The notes under the pieces were generated by a model that saw nothing but the letters and a program-made list of their open reading frames with translations, was not told the DNA's origin and made no database searches. This document shows positions 27,601-37,544 of a stretch of 60,643 nt of DNA, piece by piece. The DNA is taken from contig JAJSAE010000060.1 in the NCBI GenBank assembly GCA_024281315.1, positions 1-60,643 of the forward strand. The letters run 5' to 3'. The translations under genes and the position numbers were made by a program. Within the stretch, counting starts at the first letter, position 1. Every line of letters starts with the position of its first letter. Origin of the DNA: an archaeon. GTDB lineage: Archaea; Thermoplasmatota; Thermoplasmata; JAJSAE01.

Positions 27601-29181
27601 ATGGAATCCATACCCCTGCCAATGGCAAATAAGAGCGGCTCCGGCAAGACCAGAAGCAGGACATCCTTTCAGATATTGTCCAGTATTCTCGGAGCACTGC
27701 TCAGCACCACCTCTCTGATGTATATCGCAACATACTTGGGGCCAAGCATACTGGGCACCTACGGCTATGCCCTTGCCATTATGGGACTAGTGACCTTCGC
27801 ATCCGATATAGGGCTCTCGGCGGCGCACAGAAATATCCTGAAAAGAAGTAAGGATACTGGTAAGGCCAATGCCTCCTTCCTCCTCATAAAGGCCGTGTTT
27901 CTCGGAGTAATGGCCGTTCTCGGCATCACATTGATAGAAGTCTGGAAAACCGGACTGATAAACGGAGAAATGGAGATGAGCGGCGGCACAATCACGGCCA
28001 TGTATGTCATTCTGCTCTACTACATTGTCAGCGGCCTCTCCTCCATTCCAACCACCACATTCATTGCAAGGAACGAGATGGCCAAGAGTCAGGTAGCGGG
28101 GCTCGTGGAGCACCTGATACGGGTTAGCCTGATTATATACATCGCCACATCGGCCTTTGGAACATCCCCGAATGTTGTGAGCCTTCTGGCATATGTTACT
28201 CTCGGTGCTTCGGTTATAGCGCTTGCTATGTACAGCATCCTATTCCTTAGCTGCCCCCTGAAGAGACCGGACAGGGAGTCTCTGAAAGCCTATATGAATC
28301 TCTCGTCCCCTCTTCTTGTGGTGAGTGTCATCGGAAGCCTGAACCTCTTTCTGGACAAGGTGCTGGTGGGCTACTTCTGGGGACCGTATGAGACCGGTCT
28401 CTACTTCGGCGTGCAGAGAATGAGCGTCTTCGTCATAACCTTTTCCTTCAGCATAGGCCTCATGATAATCCCCCCGATAACCGCGTATTTCAGGAGTCCG
28501 AAGGACACCGACACGGAGATACGCAGAATTGTGAACTTTGCCGAGCGCTACACATCCCTTATTGTCCTGCCCATTGTTGTCTTCTATGTGGTGTTTGGCA
28601 GGGATATAATCCATGTCTTCCTTTCCGATGCCTTTCTCCCCGCTTACAGAATCATGGTCATACTGGTTCTCAGCGGACTTATCGTTGCATATACACAGCC
28701 GTTTCGTGCTTTCGTTGCCGGTACCAACCTGAAACTGGTTAACAGGATTACCGCCGCTTCCCTATTTCTCAGCGTTATGCTTTATTTCGCCCTTATCCCT
28801 ATTTCCTTCGGAGGCATCACCATGAGGGGGTGGGGGGGCTTCGGTGCGGCCGTAGCGACGCTGGCGGCATCCCTCGTTCCTCTGGTGGCATTCAGAGGCA
28901 TCGCGTGGAAAGAGAACCACATCGTGCCGGAGAAGAGAATAGCAATACACATCGCTGCCGCTCTGATTATGGCCGGCAGTCTCGTGACAATGAAAATACT
29001 GCTGTTCCATATACTTACCGCCGGCATTCTTATCCTAATGAGTATTGCCGGAGGTATTATTTACGCCGCTATTCTTTACAAAGCCGGAGAGTTGAGCCGG
29101 GCGGATATGCGCTCTTTTAAGGAGCTGCTGAACCCGGAACTGGCGCTGAATTATGTGGCCGAGGAACTCCTCGGGAAGTGA
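27601..29181 (+). CDS. Polysaccharide/oligosaccharide flippase (MOP/Wzx-like) membrane protein
   Basis: 526 aa with about 14 hydrophobic segments and a Wzx-like layout. Confidence 0.65.
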   Translation: MESIPLPMANKSGSGKTRSRTSFQILSSILGALLSTTSLMYIATYLGPSILGTYGYALAIMGLVTFASDIGLSAAHRNILKRSKDTGKANASFLLIKAVFLGVMAVLGITLIEVWKTGLINGEMEMSGGTITAMYVILLYYIVSGLSSIPTTTFIARNEMAKSQVAGLVEHLIRVSLIIYIATSAFGTSPNVVSLLAYVTLGASVIALAMYSILFLSCPLKRPDRESLKAYMNLSSPLLVVSVIGSLNLFLDKVLVGYFWGPYETGLYFGVQRMSVFVITFSFSIGLMIIPPITAYFRSPKDTDTEIRRIVNFAERYTSLIVLPIVVFYVVFGRDIIHVFLSDAFLPAYRIMVILVLSGLIVAYTQPFRAFVAGTNLKLVNRITAASLFLSVMLYFALIPISFGGITMRGWGGFGAAVATLAASLVPLVAFRGIAWKENHIVPEKRIAIHIAAALIMAGSLVTMKILLFHILTAGILILMSIAGGIIYAAILYKAGELSRADMRSFKELLNPELALNYVAEELLGK

Positions 29182-29259
29182 AAGTAAAGTTTTAAAGCCC
29201 GCCGTTCTTATACACTACCGTCCCTGTGATGACAGAACCTTGCCGAATCGTGACGAGCC

Positions 29260-32133
29260 CTATGAGTGCTGAGGGACCTCTTCTTTTCTCTCCTTTTCGT
29301 CTTCATCTGTTTCTGTCGGCTTTATTGCTCTGGTGACGAACACAGCCATTACGCCGGCAAGAAGGAGAAAAACGATTGATACCGCACCGCTTTGAATCCC
29401 TTCGCTACTTTCTGGACCTACGGTTTCCGGTGTTTCCTTCGGCCCGGAGAGCGAGGAGGTGTTGTTCTTCGCATGGGCTGCCAGCGCCGGAAGTACCACC
29501 ACGCTTACAAAGGAATGGGCGGTTCTTCCATAGATGTCGGAAACAACAACGGTTATGTTGTATGTGCCTGAAGCAGGAAAGCTCATGTTAAGCTGGGAAC
29601 AGTCGTATGTTTCGTTCCCCACGCTCCAGACAACTCCCGATACGCTAGCAGCCGAAACCGAGAATCTCGGAACCAGCCGGACACTTTCGTTCTCTCTCAT
29701 GATTACATCATCACCCAGAGTAACCGAAAGTAGAGGCTCGCTTATCCAGTCCTTTTCAAACAGAGAGACAAAATACGAGGCCACAGGCTCCGCCTTCACA
29801 ATGACGCCCGCCTCCCTGTTCTCCTTCACCGAGTTCTCGTTCCAGTTTATGCTGGACACGAGAACCGAGCGGTTGTCCACGATAACACCTTTATTGTGCA
29901 GGTGCGTGAAGTTGTGGCAGTCGGAGATTATTTTGGCCTTCATGTTCAGCCCCCCCTCTTCCGCTAGTGAGTTGACATACTCCACGGTATCGTCGTTATC
30001 CACGCTGCTGTTCGGGTCAATGTTGTACCATGTGTTATCCAGAATTACCCGCACCTCGCATCCCCGTCTCGCTGCATCTATGACCGCTTCGAGATACGGG
30101 TTCGGATCTTGGGAAACGCTCCCGGTGTACCTGCTCCCCCAGTGCCTGTAGATATAGAACTGCTCCACATAAACGCTCTTCCGTGCGGATTTTATCATTC
30201 CCAGAACAGTATCTTCCGAAAGCGATGTGTCCGGGGACAGGACGGCGGTAACGCTGGCGTTTCCACTGTAGGCCATGGGCTCAATGATAGGGGATGTAAC
30301 GGGCTGATGCGGATAAAAGCCTATGTCGGAGGAGTAGAACGGCATGTCCTCAATGTGGGCGATGTCTCTCATATCCGAGGCGGAATCGTTCTCAAATACC
30401 TGAGCAAAATATCCTGCAAGCTCCGGGCTGTCAATTACAAGGCCCCAGCCCCTGTTTCCCGTATGAGCGGGCGAAAAACCGTCCGAGCCCATGTTCTCGG
30501 ACATAATCACAAGGCGGGAACCGTCTATAACCATGTATTTTGCGTGGTCGAACCTGTATCTGTCATTTATCTTATTCGCATAGTCGTTCACCATGAATCT
30601 TATGTCTATTCCTGCCGAGTGCATCCTCTGGCACAGAGATATTTCCTCCTCAGGAAGCCCGCCGACTGGCCCGCCTTCGAGGAGCATTGTAATATTTACA
30701 CCCCTATCTGCAGCGCTGATGATATGGTTGGAAAGCGGGTACGAGGTGAATTCATAGACATTCAACAGTATGGAATAATTGGCGGAATCAATAGCTCCGG
30801 CAAGGACCTCGTAGGAGTTGTCAGGCGAGGAAAAAGCGGTTATGTTCATCCTGCCCGAAACAGAGAACGGAGGAAATGAAGAGCGGCCGATGCCGCTTAT
30901 AATATGGTCCCAATCCGCCGATGTATTCGTATCCATGCAGGAGCCGTTTTCAATGGCCCTGTGTGCCACCTGTGTGGAATGGAATGGGAGTGCTGGCTCA
31001 CCGACCCAGCCTGTTCCGCAGTATTCGGAATCGCCGTAAACATAGGCATCAACCACGAGAGAGCCACAATAAAGGAGGAGTTCATCACCATTGTTATTCA
31101 TGCGAAATGTTCCGGAGTGTTTCATTGCCGACCAGTTGAGGTCTGTCACAAGGCCGGATTCCTCGAAATAACCCTCTGCGTTCTGGGCAAGTGTCAGGTG
31201 CGACAGTGGGCCTATGCTGGCATTATCGGGAAGGAAAACAGTCCCCTCGCCGTCAGAGAACGACCATTTGAGAAGGGATACCTCCTCCTCCGTAGGGTTA
31301 TAGATAGTGAAAGATTCGGACAGTAGAGAGTAATAATATACATCCGTTATGAGAAGGGGGGCGTATTCCGCCTCTGCGGGTTTGCTGTAGTTGCCGGTCG
31401 TATTGTCCACGACATCTCCGAGGGGGCTTTCGGTATCGGTCGCATTGCTGCTTTGCGGGGCAGATTCCGGCTCCGAGACCGTGCTTTCTGCACCACCAGT
31501 ATCGTTTGAAGCCTCTGAAACCGGCGGTACTTCTTCTCTATTCTCAAAACCGGGGGTTGGGATGCAGTGGCCCCATGTGTCGTTCAGCCTTCCTATGGTT
31601 TCGTTCTCTGCCACGGCCGGAACAGGTATGAACTCTCTCAAATCCGGAGAGCGGTCTATTGAGGTGCTATTCCCGTAGGCAACATAATCCACCACCGCTG
31701 AGCCGTTCATCAGGCATATGTCATCCCCCGTATTACTGAGGAATGCAGAATGCTTGAAAAGATAGAAATGAGCCGGACCGCTGTCGAAGTCAGTGGTGTT
31801 ATTGCCGGAACCGGCGTGAAGAACGACAAAAGCGCCAGGGGGCATCTCCATCTGGGGAAATACGAAATCATCGGAGCCGTCCTGATCGGTTACAACCCAG
31901 CCGGTAACATTGACCGCTTCGCTTCCGTTGTTAAAGAGTTCCAGCCACTCCCCCTCTACCTCGGAACCGGTCGGGTTATACATCACCTCATTGATTCTTA
32001 CGCTAATTCCCACAGAACTAACATTCGTTGTGAAAGTCGCTGCTCCCATAACGCTCCCCATGCCCAATAAAAACACGAAGAGGAGGGCCGTTGTCTTCAT
32101 CATTATGGACTTCATGATGATTGAGTTGCGCAT
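29260..32133 (-). CDS. Secreted/anchored protein: signal peptide + 2 lamin-tail domains (LTD) + 2 PLD-type HKD domains + Ig/PKD-like domain + C-terminal TM anchor
   Basis: 957 aa. LTD pattern INEVMYNPTGSEVEGEWLELFNNGSEAVNVTGW. HKD motifs HAKYMVIDGSRLVIMSEN and HNKGVIVDNRSVLVSSIN. Many N-x-S/T sequons. TM segment SIVFLLLAGVMAVFV near the C-terminus. Confidence 0.8.
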   Translation of the reverse strand: MRNSIIMKSIMMKTTALLFVFLLGMGSVMGAATFTTNVSSVGISVRINEVMYNPTGSEVEGEWLELFNNGSEAVNVTGWVVTDQDGSDDFVFPQMEMPPGAFVVLHAGSGNNTTDFDSGPAHFYLFKHSAFLSNTGDDICLMNGSAVVDYVAYGNSTSIDRSPDLREFIPVPAVAENETIGRLNDTWGHCIPTPGFENREEVPPVSEASNDTGGAESTVSEPESAPQSSNATDTESPLGDVVDNTTGNYSKPAEAEYAPLLITDVYYYSLLSESFTIYNPTEEEVSLLKWSFSDGEGTVFLPDNASIGPLSHLTLAQNAEGYFEESGLVTDLNWSAMKHSGTFRMNNNGDELLLYCGSLVVDAYVYGDSEYCGTGWVGEPALPFHSTQVAHRAIENGSCMDTNTSADWDHIISGIGRSSFPPFSVSGRMNITAFSSPDNSYEVLAGAIDSANYSILLNVYEFTSYPLSNHIISAADRGVNITMLLEGGPVGGLPEEEISLCQRMHSAGIDIRFMVNDYANKINDRYRFDHAKYMVIDGSRLVIMSENMGSDGFSPAHTGNRGWGLVIDSPELAGYFAQVFENDSASDMRDIAHIEDMPFYSSDIGFYPHQPVTSPIIEPMAYSGNASVTAVLSPDTSLSEDTVLGMIKSARKSVYVEQFYIYRHWGSRYTGSVSQDPNPYLEAVIDAARRGCEVRVILDNTWYNIDPNSSVDNDDTVEYVNSLAEEGGLNMKAKIISDCHNFTHLHNKGVIVDNRSVLVSSINWNENSVKENREAGVIVKAEPVASYFVSLFEKDWISEPLLSVTLGDDVIMRENESVRLVPRFSVSAASVSGVVWSVGNETYDCSQLNMSFPASGTYNITVVVSDIYGRTAHSFVSVVVLPALAAHAKNNTSSLSGPKETPETVGPESSEGIQSGAVSIVFLLLAGVMAVFVTRAIKPTETDEDEKERKEEVPQHS

Positions 32134-32193
32134 CCCTTTTATATACTAAAGTGTTGCAGGTAATACGGATGTAGCATCGAAGATGTATTATGC

Positions 32194-32652
32194 CTACTTC
32201 TTCAGGTAGATATGATACCGCCCCTTCTTCTTTCTCGTAACGGTCCCTTCTTTTAATAAGTGACCCAGTGCCATGTCTATCTCATCTCTGGAAAGCGAGA
32301 GTTTTCTGCTGAGGGATAGGGCGGTGCTGCCGCCCGGTTCTATGGAGTCAAGAATCCTGTCATCCGTTTTATTTCCCTCATTCCTTTTTGATGCGGTTTT
32401 TTCCTTCGATTTTCTTTCGGATTCGGCATCAGGAATCGTTCTGGTGGTTACAGAGTACTGAACTCCCGTCCCTTTGAGCGCCAGATGGATGCTGTCAAGG
32501 GCCTCGAAAAGGCTTTCACCCTGCTTCAGGCTCTTTTCAAAATCAAAATCGCCTATTATGGGAGAGCAGCTGATTCCCTTCAAGATGTGAATTACCTCGC
32601 TCGGCCTGGCCCCGTTACTGTCGAACTGCAGTTTGATGTAGGTCTTTATCAT
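32194..32652 (-). CDS. Two-domain protein: N-terminal domain paralogous to the 23807-24025 protein + C-terminal winged helix
   Basis: 152 aa. The C-terminus (LSLSRKLSLSRDEIDMALGHLLKEGTVTRKKKGRYHIY) is wHTH-like. Confidence 0.55.
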   Translation of the reverse strand: MIKTYIKLQFDSNGARPSEVIHILKGISCSPIIGDFDFEKSLKQGESLFEALDSIHLALKGTGVQYSVTTRTIPDAESERKSKEKTASKRNEGNKTDDRILDSIEPGGSTALSLSRKLSLSRDEIDMALGHLLKEGTVTRKKKGRYHIYLKK

Positions 32653-32689
32653 CGGGGGTATATGGGATTGGAAACTTAAAAGGCTTTCG

Positions 32690-33103
32690 TCACTCGATAC
32701 GATAGCGTCTTTTCATTGATTCCAGCCGAGAAAGATAAATCTCCTCCGAAATCTCTCCCTCAATGAGAGAGTGGTCAAGAATCCTTTTCTCCGCCAGATA
32801 CGCCAGATACATGCGCTTCCAGTGTCTCTCCGCCAGCTCGTCCGCATCTTCCAGGAGGATCTGCCCCGCATCGCTTAGTCTATAAAGAATCCTCGGCCTC
32901 CCTTCCGGCGGAAATATTGCATCTCTTTCCACAATTCCAAGAGCGTTAAGAAGAAGCAAATGCTTGTCAACCGACTGCCGCTTTAATTCAAGAGCCCGCG
33001 CGATATCCTCCGGATGTTCTCTCCCGTTTTTCAACTCTTCTATCACAGCCACTCTTGTTTTTGATGATAGAGCCTTCAATATCTCAAGCGTCTTCTCTTC
33101 CAT
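32690..33103 (-). CDS. ArsR-family winged-helix transcriptional regulator
   Basis: 137 aa. LKALSSKTRVAVIEEL...PEDIARALELKRQSVDKHLLLLNALGIV. Confidence 0.75.
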   Translation of the reverse strand: MEEKTLEILKALSSKTRVAVIEELKNGREHPEDIARALELKRQSVDKHLLLLNALGIVERDAIFPPEGRPRILYRLSDAGQILLEDADELAERHWKRMYLAYLAEKRILDHSLIEGEISEEIYLSRLESMKRRYRIE

Positions 33104-33243
33104 GATTGGAGATGTTTTCGAACTATTTTAACTTTTCTTCTGATGTTATCTCTAAATGTGGTGAATAACTCTCCCGTTTTTCTGTCCGTATCTCATTTTA
33201 TTTTAACAAAAGATATAAGTACTCCTCTGTCTATGACCTATGC

Positions 33244-34179
33244 ATGACACAAAACATGAGAAAAAAACTGGAAGAACGCTACACAAACGGAGAGATAAGC
33301 GAAGAGGTATACAGATCCATACTCAAGGATATGGAAGAATACGGCGATAAAGAGGCCATGGAGGACGACACGGATATCCGTGATGATGAGAATGATAGAC
33401 ATGGGGGAGAAAATAGCACAGAGAAGAGAACCGGAGGCGTGAGCATATCCGGTTCTGGCACCCTCAAGCATGTAAAGGGAGAGTATCTGAAAATCGTGGG
33501 CTCCGGGAAGGTGGAAGGCGACATAGATGTTATAGAGATGAAGACTGCCGGTTCCTGCAAAGTAGAGGGAAATATACGGGCGGAGAGTATCGAGTGCGCC
33601 GGCTCCAGTAAAATAGAGGGGAATATAGACTCGAAAGAGGCGAAATTCGCCGGCTCAACGGCCATAGAAGGCAATCTGAACTCGGAGAAAATCTCACTTG
33701 CCGGCTCGGTGAAAATAGATGGAGATGTCATATGCATTCATTTCAAATCTGGGGGTTCGACGAAGATAGAAGGTGCCATTGCCGCAGATGAAAGGGTAGA
33801 ATGCGGCGGGGTGCTCAGAGCTGCATCTCTCAAAACCGGCACCTTTTCCGGCAGAGGGGCTGTGAATATTGAAGAGACGGTAGTGGCCAAGGACTTCTCT
33901 CTCGCAATGAGCGGAACATCTTCCATGAAAAAACTGATGGCAGAGACCATTGACATACAGCCAGAGGGGGCAAAGAAAGGGCTGTCCAGGCTGTTTGAAA
34001 GAGGAGGAAGCCTAAAAATAGAACATATACACGGCACAACGATATATCTGGAAAATGTCATTGCGGATTATGTGGACGGGCAAGAGGTTGGTATTGGCCC
34101 CGGTTGCAAAATAGGTACTTTGAAGTCCCCGAACGCAAGAGTTCACGAGGGGGCCAAAATAAAGAAACGGGAGAACTGA
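33244..34179 (+). CDS. Bactofilin-like (polymer-forming, beta-helical repeat) protein with an N-terminal SHOCT-like motif
   Basis: 311 aa. N-terminus LEERYTNGEISEEVYRSILKDM. Repeated units of the type GS.K(V/I)EG(D/N)I....(E/K)..AGS. Confidence 0.65.
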   Translation: MTQNMRKKLEERYTNGEISEEVYRSILKDMEEYGDKEAMEDDTDIRDDENDRHGGENSTEKRTGGVSISGSGTLKHVKGEYLKIVGSGKVEGDIDVIEMKTAGSCKVEGNIRAESIECAGSSKIEGNIDSKEAKFAGSTAIEGNLNSEKISLAGSVKIDGDVICIHFKSGGSTKIEGAIAADERVECGGVLRAASLKTGTFSGRGAVNIEETVVAKDFSLAMSGTSSMKKLMAETIDIQPEGAKKGLSRLFERGGSLKIEHIHGTTIYLENVIADYVDGQEVGIGPGCKIGTLKSPNARVHEGAKIKKREN

Positions 34180-34761
34180 TTACTTCAAATCCACCCTTAT
34201 CCCTCTCTCCAGCTCAATAACAGCATAGTGCCCGTCCATTGCGGCCCCGGGGTTGACAAACACCGTTCCAATATCCTTCATCGCCCCCTGAGACTCGTGT
34301 ATGTGGCCGGATAGGACCATGATCGGATGCAGTTTTTTTACCATGCCCAGAAGTCTGTCGCTCCCCATGTGGCCCCTCGGAGACATATCATTGTATCCCT
34401 TTGGAGGGACATGTGAAACAATAATGAGGTCGGTTATCCGCGGGATTTCCATCATGGGCGGGGGGGAGCCGCCAAGGCCGACAAATGTGTATTTCTCAAT
34501 CGGCCGGAACTCCTGATGAATGTTAACTCCGGCAGAGGTCAGCAGTTCACGAACCGCGGAAGGGTCGCAATTGCCGTGTACTGCAAGGGTCCGCACACTG
34601 CCTGCCGTATCCAGAACAGTGCGAGCATACTCGGAGGGACCGAAGTTCGTTATGTCCCCCGCAAGAACAAGAAGGTCGGGTCTGTCCCGTTGAAGCCTCT
34701 CCTTAAGAAGGTGCAGTGCGTTCTCGCTGGAGTGCAGGTCGCTCATGGCCAGTATCTTCAT
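34180..34761 (-). CDS. Metallophosphoesterase (MJ0936/YfcE-like)
   Basis: 193 aa. SDLH, AGDITNFG, HGNCD, GHIH motifs. Confidence 0.8.
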   Translation of the reverse strand: MKILAMSDLHSSENALHLLKERLQRDRPDLLVLAGDITNFGPSEYARTVLDTAGSVRTLAVHGNCDPSAVRELLTSAGVNIHQEFRPIEKYTFVGLGGSPPPMMEIPRITDLIIVSHVPPKGYNDMSPRGHMGSDRLLGMVKKLHPIMVLSGHIHESQGAMKDIGTVFVNPGAAMDGHYAVIELERGIRVDLK

Positions 34762-34773
34762 GCAATCACCGTT

Positions 34774-35718
34774 TTACCAGTTCAGTACAATACCGAGATT
34801 GAGGTTCTGGTATATAAGAATATAGGTCAGGACATAGCCAAGTATGGAGCCGCCGTTGAGCAGAGGGAGGCCAGCCTGCGGATTCCCTTTATTTACAAAG
34901 TGCATGAGAGCCATATAACCTATAAGTCCGCCAACCATTGTTCCCACGGCAACCCAGAGATTGGAAAGTCCGTTTGCCGGAAGATTCACATAGGCCGATG
35001 CCACGAGAATACCCGGTATAATTATATCCCCAAGCCCCATGAGCATCGCATCCCTCTCCTCTCCGCTGTCCACCTTCTTCCTGACATCTATGCCGTCCGC
35101 GAGTTTGTACCCCTTTTTTCGGGGCATAACCAGAAGCACGGGCAGGTTCATGCTGGTCACCCCTTCGGCAAGATCTATCATATGCTTTGTCTTGTAAACG
35201 GATATGGCGTCGTATACGGCCAGTCCTATGAGCAGTATTAGAGCCGGGAGGATTCCGAGGGACATTCCGAGTATCGCAATGACGCCAACCGCCACGAGAA
35301 CGCCCACTACATCCAGAAGATACCATTCCGGCTTCACATAAAGCCTGTAAATAAGATATGCCGCTATTCCTATCGAGAGAAGGAGAAAAGGTATGTCCAG
35401 CGGAGGATAGATATAGAAAAGAATCGGGTCTATGACATACACTATGGTTATGCCGATGGATCCCATGAATACGGCCTTTATCAGCTTATCCAGACCGAAT
35501 TTTATAACCAGAAGAATGATGCCCGTAAATATGAGAAGAAAAGCCATGTAGAAGATGGAATCCATGGGGTCGTTCGGGTTCTGAAAGGCTCTGTATTCCT
35601 CCGGGTATATCTCCACGGCGAGAATGAGAAGGGCAAGCATCTGGGATATGACATATATGATAGCCAGATTAAGGCCGGGAAGGTGGCGGTTGATACCGCT
35701 GTCCTCTGCTCCGCCCAT
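34774..35718 (-). CDS. Presenilin/signal-peptide-peptidase family (A22) intramembrane aspartyl protease
   Basis: 314 aa, polytopic. YD motif (LAVYDAISVY) and GxGD motif (MGLGDIIIPG). Confidence 0.8.
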   Translation of the reverse strand: MGGAEDSGINRHLPGLNLAIIYVISQMLALLILAVEIYPEEYRAFQNPNDPMDSIFYMAFLLIFTGIILLVIKFGLDKLIKAVFMGSIGITIVYVIDPILFYIYPPLDIPFLLLSIGIAAYLIYRLYVKPEWYLLDVVGVLVAVGVIAILGMSLGILPALILLIGLAVYDAISVYKTKHMIDLAEGVTSMNLPVLLVMPRKKGYKLADGIDVRKKVDSGEERDAMLMGLGDIIIPGILVASAYVNLPANGLSNLWVAVGTMVGGLIGYMALMHFVNKGNPQAGLPLLNGGSILGYVLTYILIYQNLNLGIVLNW

Positions 35719-35727
35719 GTTTCACCT

Positions 35728-36363
35728 CTATTCGTTGACCACGGTGCCGTAGGCCCTTGTTCCTCTCAGGGTCATTATCTTAACGCGCACCTCGGAGCCC
35801 TTGGTAGTTCCCGGCACATATATGATATACTTCCCGATTCTGGCCACTCCGTCCCCGCGATTGCCGACATCCTGTATCATCATGCTGTATACATTTCCGG
35901 GAACAAGGCTCGGCTCTCGACCTCTGCCGCTGGAACTTCCCTTCTTGACATGAACCGGACGCTTTGCACCGCATGCATCGCATTCAAGCATGAGGATGCG
36001 GCCTTCTCTGACAAGACGCGTGTCCGGCCTGCCGCACTCGGAACAGAGGACATATGTCTGAATATACTCATTAATACGCTCGGATATCAGTGACTCCGGC
36101 ACCTTGGACCTGAAAACAACCCTCCGACCTTCAATACTCCCGGGCGTTCCGAGTTCTCTGAGAAGGAAGGCCAGAAGATGTTCCGGTTCCCTGTTTATAC
36201 TCTCCGCTATATCTATAAAGTTGCGAACTATTGTGGTCTTTCCCTCGACCATTACCTCTGGCACCGGCACCTCGAAACGCTCGTGATTTGCTATCTCGTC
36301 AGGGAGCTGGCTCTTCGCGGATTCAAGCAATTTTTTGTATTCATCATCGTCCATGGGCATCAC
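35728..36363 (-). CDS. Translation initiation factor aIF2 subunit beta with a C-terminal TRAM domain
   Basis: 211 aa. aIF2beta core with Zn ribbon CSECGRPDT...CDACG. The C-terminal ~65 aa are TRAM-like (GNVYSMMIQDVGNRGDGVARIGKYIIYVPGTTKGSEVRVKI). Confidence 0.85.
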   Translation of the reverse strand: MMPMDDDEYKKLLESAKSQLPDEIANHERFEVPVPEVMVEGKTTIVRNFIDIAESINREPEHLLAFLLRELGTPGSIEGRRVVFRSKVPESLISERINEYIQTYVLCSECGRPDTRLVREGRILMLECDACGAKRPVHVKKGSSSGRGREPSLVPGNVYSMMIQDVGNRGDGVARIGKYIIYVPGTTKGSEVRVKIMTLRGTRAYGTVVNE

Positions 36364-36434
36364 TTCACCATACGGGATAAATCGAGGGGCTTAAAAAGAT
36401 TTACCTGAAAAATAGGGGAAGGAAAAGAAAGGGT

Positions 36435-37532
36435 TTACGGAATTTTTGGGTCCGGGACCACCTTTCTGCTGATGGATTCGCCATCCTTCAATATGGCACC
36501 GACCTCCTCCTGATTGACCTTGAGTTCGGCCTTTATCTCCTCCGGCTTCGGAATAGTACCCAGCACAGTATCCGCATCGCCGACCATCTTGGTCAATTCC
36601 TCAAAGGTGGTGGAAGCGTCTCTTGTATCCTGCTTGGCACTCACTCCGAGATATTCCGCAGCTCCTTCAACCAGTCTGCTGATCTCGAAGGGGAATATTA
36701 TCTTGGTGGCCTGTCCGTTCGCCATGTTTTTGAGAGCATCAAGCGAGAGTACGGTGAGGGCCCTATGGTCCAGCGATGCCGAGCCGAAACTGAGAATTCT
36801 CAATTTCTGGGCCTCACCCTGCGCCCTCAGGATAAGAGATGTCCTCTCTCCTTCTGCGGTAAGAACCTTGGACTGTTTAACGCCCTCGGCCTTCAGTATG
36901 TTGGAGAGCTTTGCACCCTCTGCTTCCAGAATTGCAGCCCTCTTTTCTCCGTCGGCCCTGAGAATTGCAGCCCTCCTCTCTCTCTCTGCAGAGGTCTGCT
37001 CTTCCATGGCCTTCTTAACCCGCTCAACAGGGTCCACTTCCTTTATCTCCACGCCCTCAACCTTAACACCCCAGGGGTCGGTAGCCTTATCGAGGTCGTT
37101 TCTCAACCTGGCATTTATCACATGTCTGTTGGTGAGTATTTCGTCCAGCTCCATGTCACCGATTACGGACCTCAGATTCGTCTGGGCCAAGAATATCGTT
37201 GCAACCTTGTAGTTCTGTACCTCAAAGACTGCCTTTTTAGGGTCAATAACTTTTATATAAATTACCGCATCCACATTGGTGGGTGAGTTATCCTTGGTTA
37301 TGACCTCCTGTCTCGGAACATCCATCGTCTGCGTCCTTTCATCCACTATTATTACCTCTCTTGCGAACGGCATCACCATGTGGAATCCGGGTTTGAGAAT
37401 CTTCTTGAACTCTCCCATGAATGTATAAACCGCCTCTTCGTATGGTTTCACAATCACGAACATTCTGGGAAGCCACCACGCTGCGACCACAAAAATCACG
37501 AGGCCTGCAAGCATCAGGAATACTATGTCCAT
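36435..37532 (-). CDS. SPFH/band-7 (stomatin-like) membrane protein
   Basis: 365 aa with an N-terminal TM segment, an SPFH core and a long Ala/Glu-rich coiled coil. Confidence 0.85.
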   Translation of the reverse strand: MDIVFLMLAGLVIFVVAAWWLPRMFVIVKPYEEAVYTFMGEFKKILKPGFHMVMPFAREVIIVDERTQTMDVPRQEVITKDNSPTNVDAVIYIKVIDPKKAVFEVQNYKVATIFLAQTNLRSVIGDMELDEILTNRHVINARLRNDLDKATDPWGVKVEGVEIKEVDPVERVKKAMEEQTSAERERRAAILRADGEKRAAILEAEGAKLSNILKAEGVKQSKVLTAEGERTSLILRAQGEAQKLRILSFGSASLDHRALTVLSLDALKNMANGQATKIIFPFEISRLVEGAAEYLGVSAKQDTRDASTTFEELTKMVGDADTVLGTIPKPEEIKAELKVNQEEVGAILKDGESISRKVVPDPKIP

Positions 37533-37544
37533 TTTATTACCTCC

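Noticed and set aside
29260-32133. LTD/PLD surface protein as a substrate of the archaeosortase at 58894-59847
   Set aside because: Its C-terminus has a TM segment followed by a long charged tail and lacks a PGF/PEF/VPXXXP-type tripartite sorting signal. The genes are also 27 kb apart.
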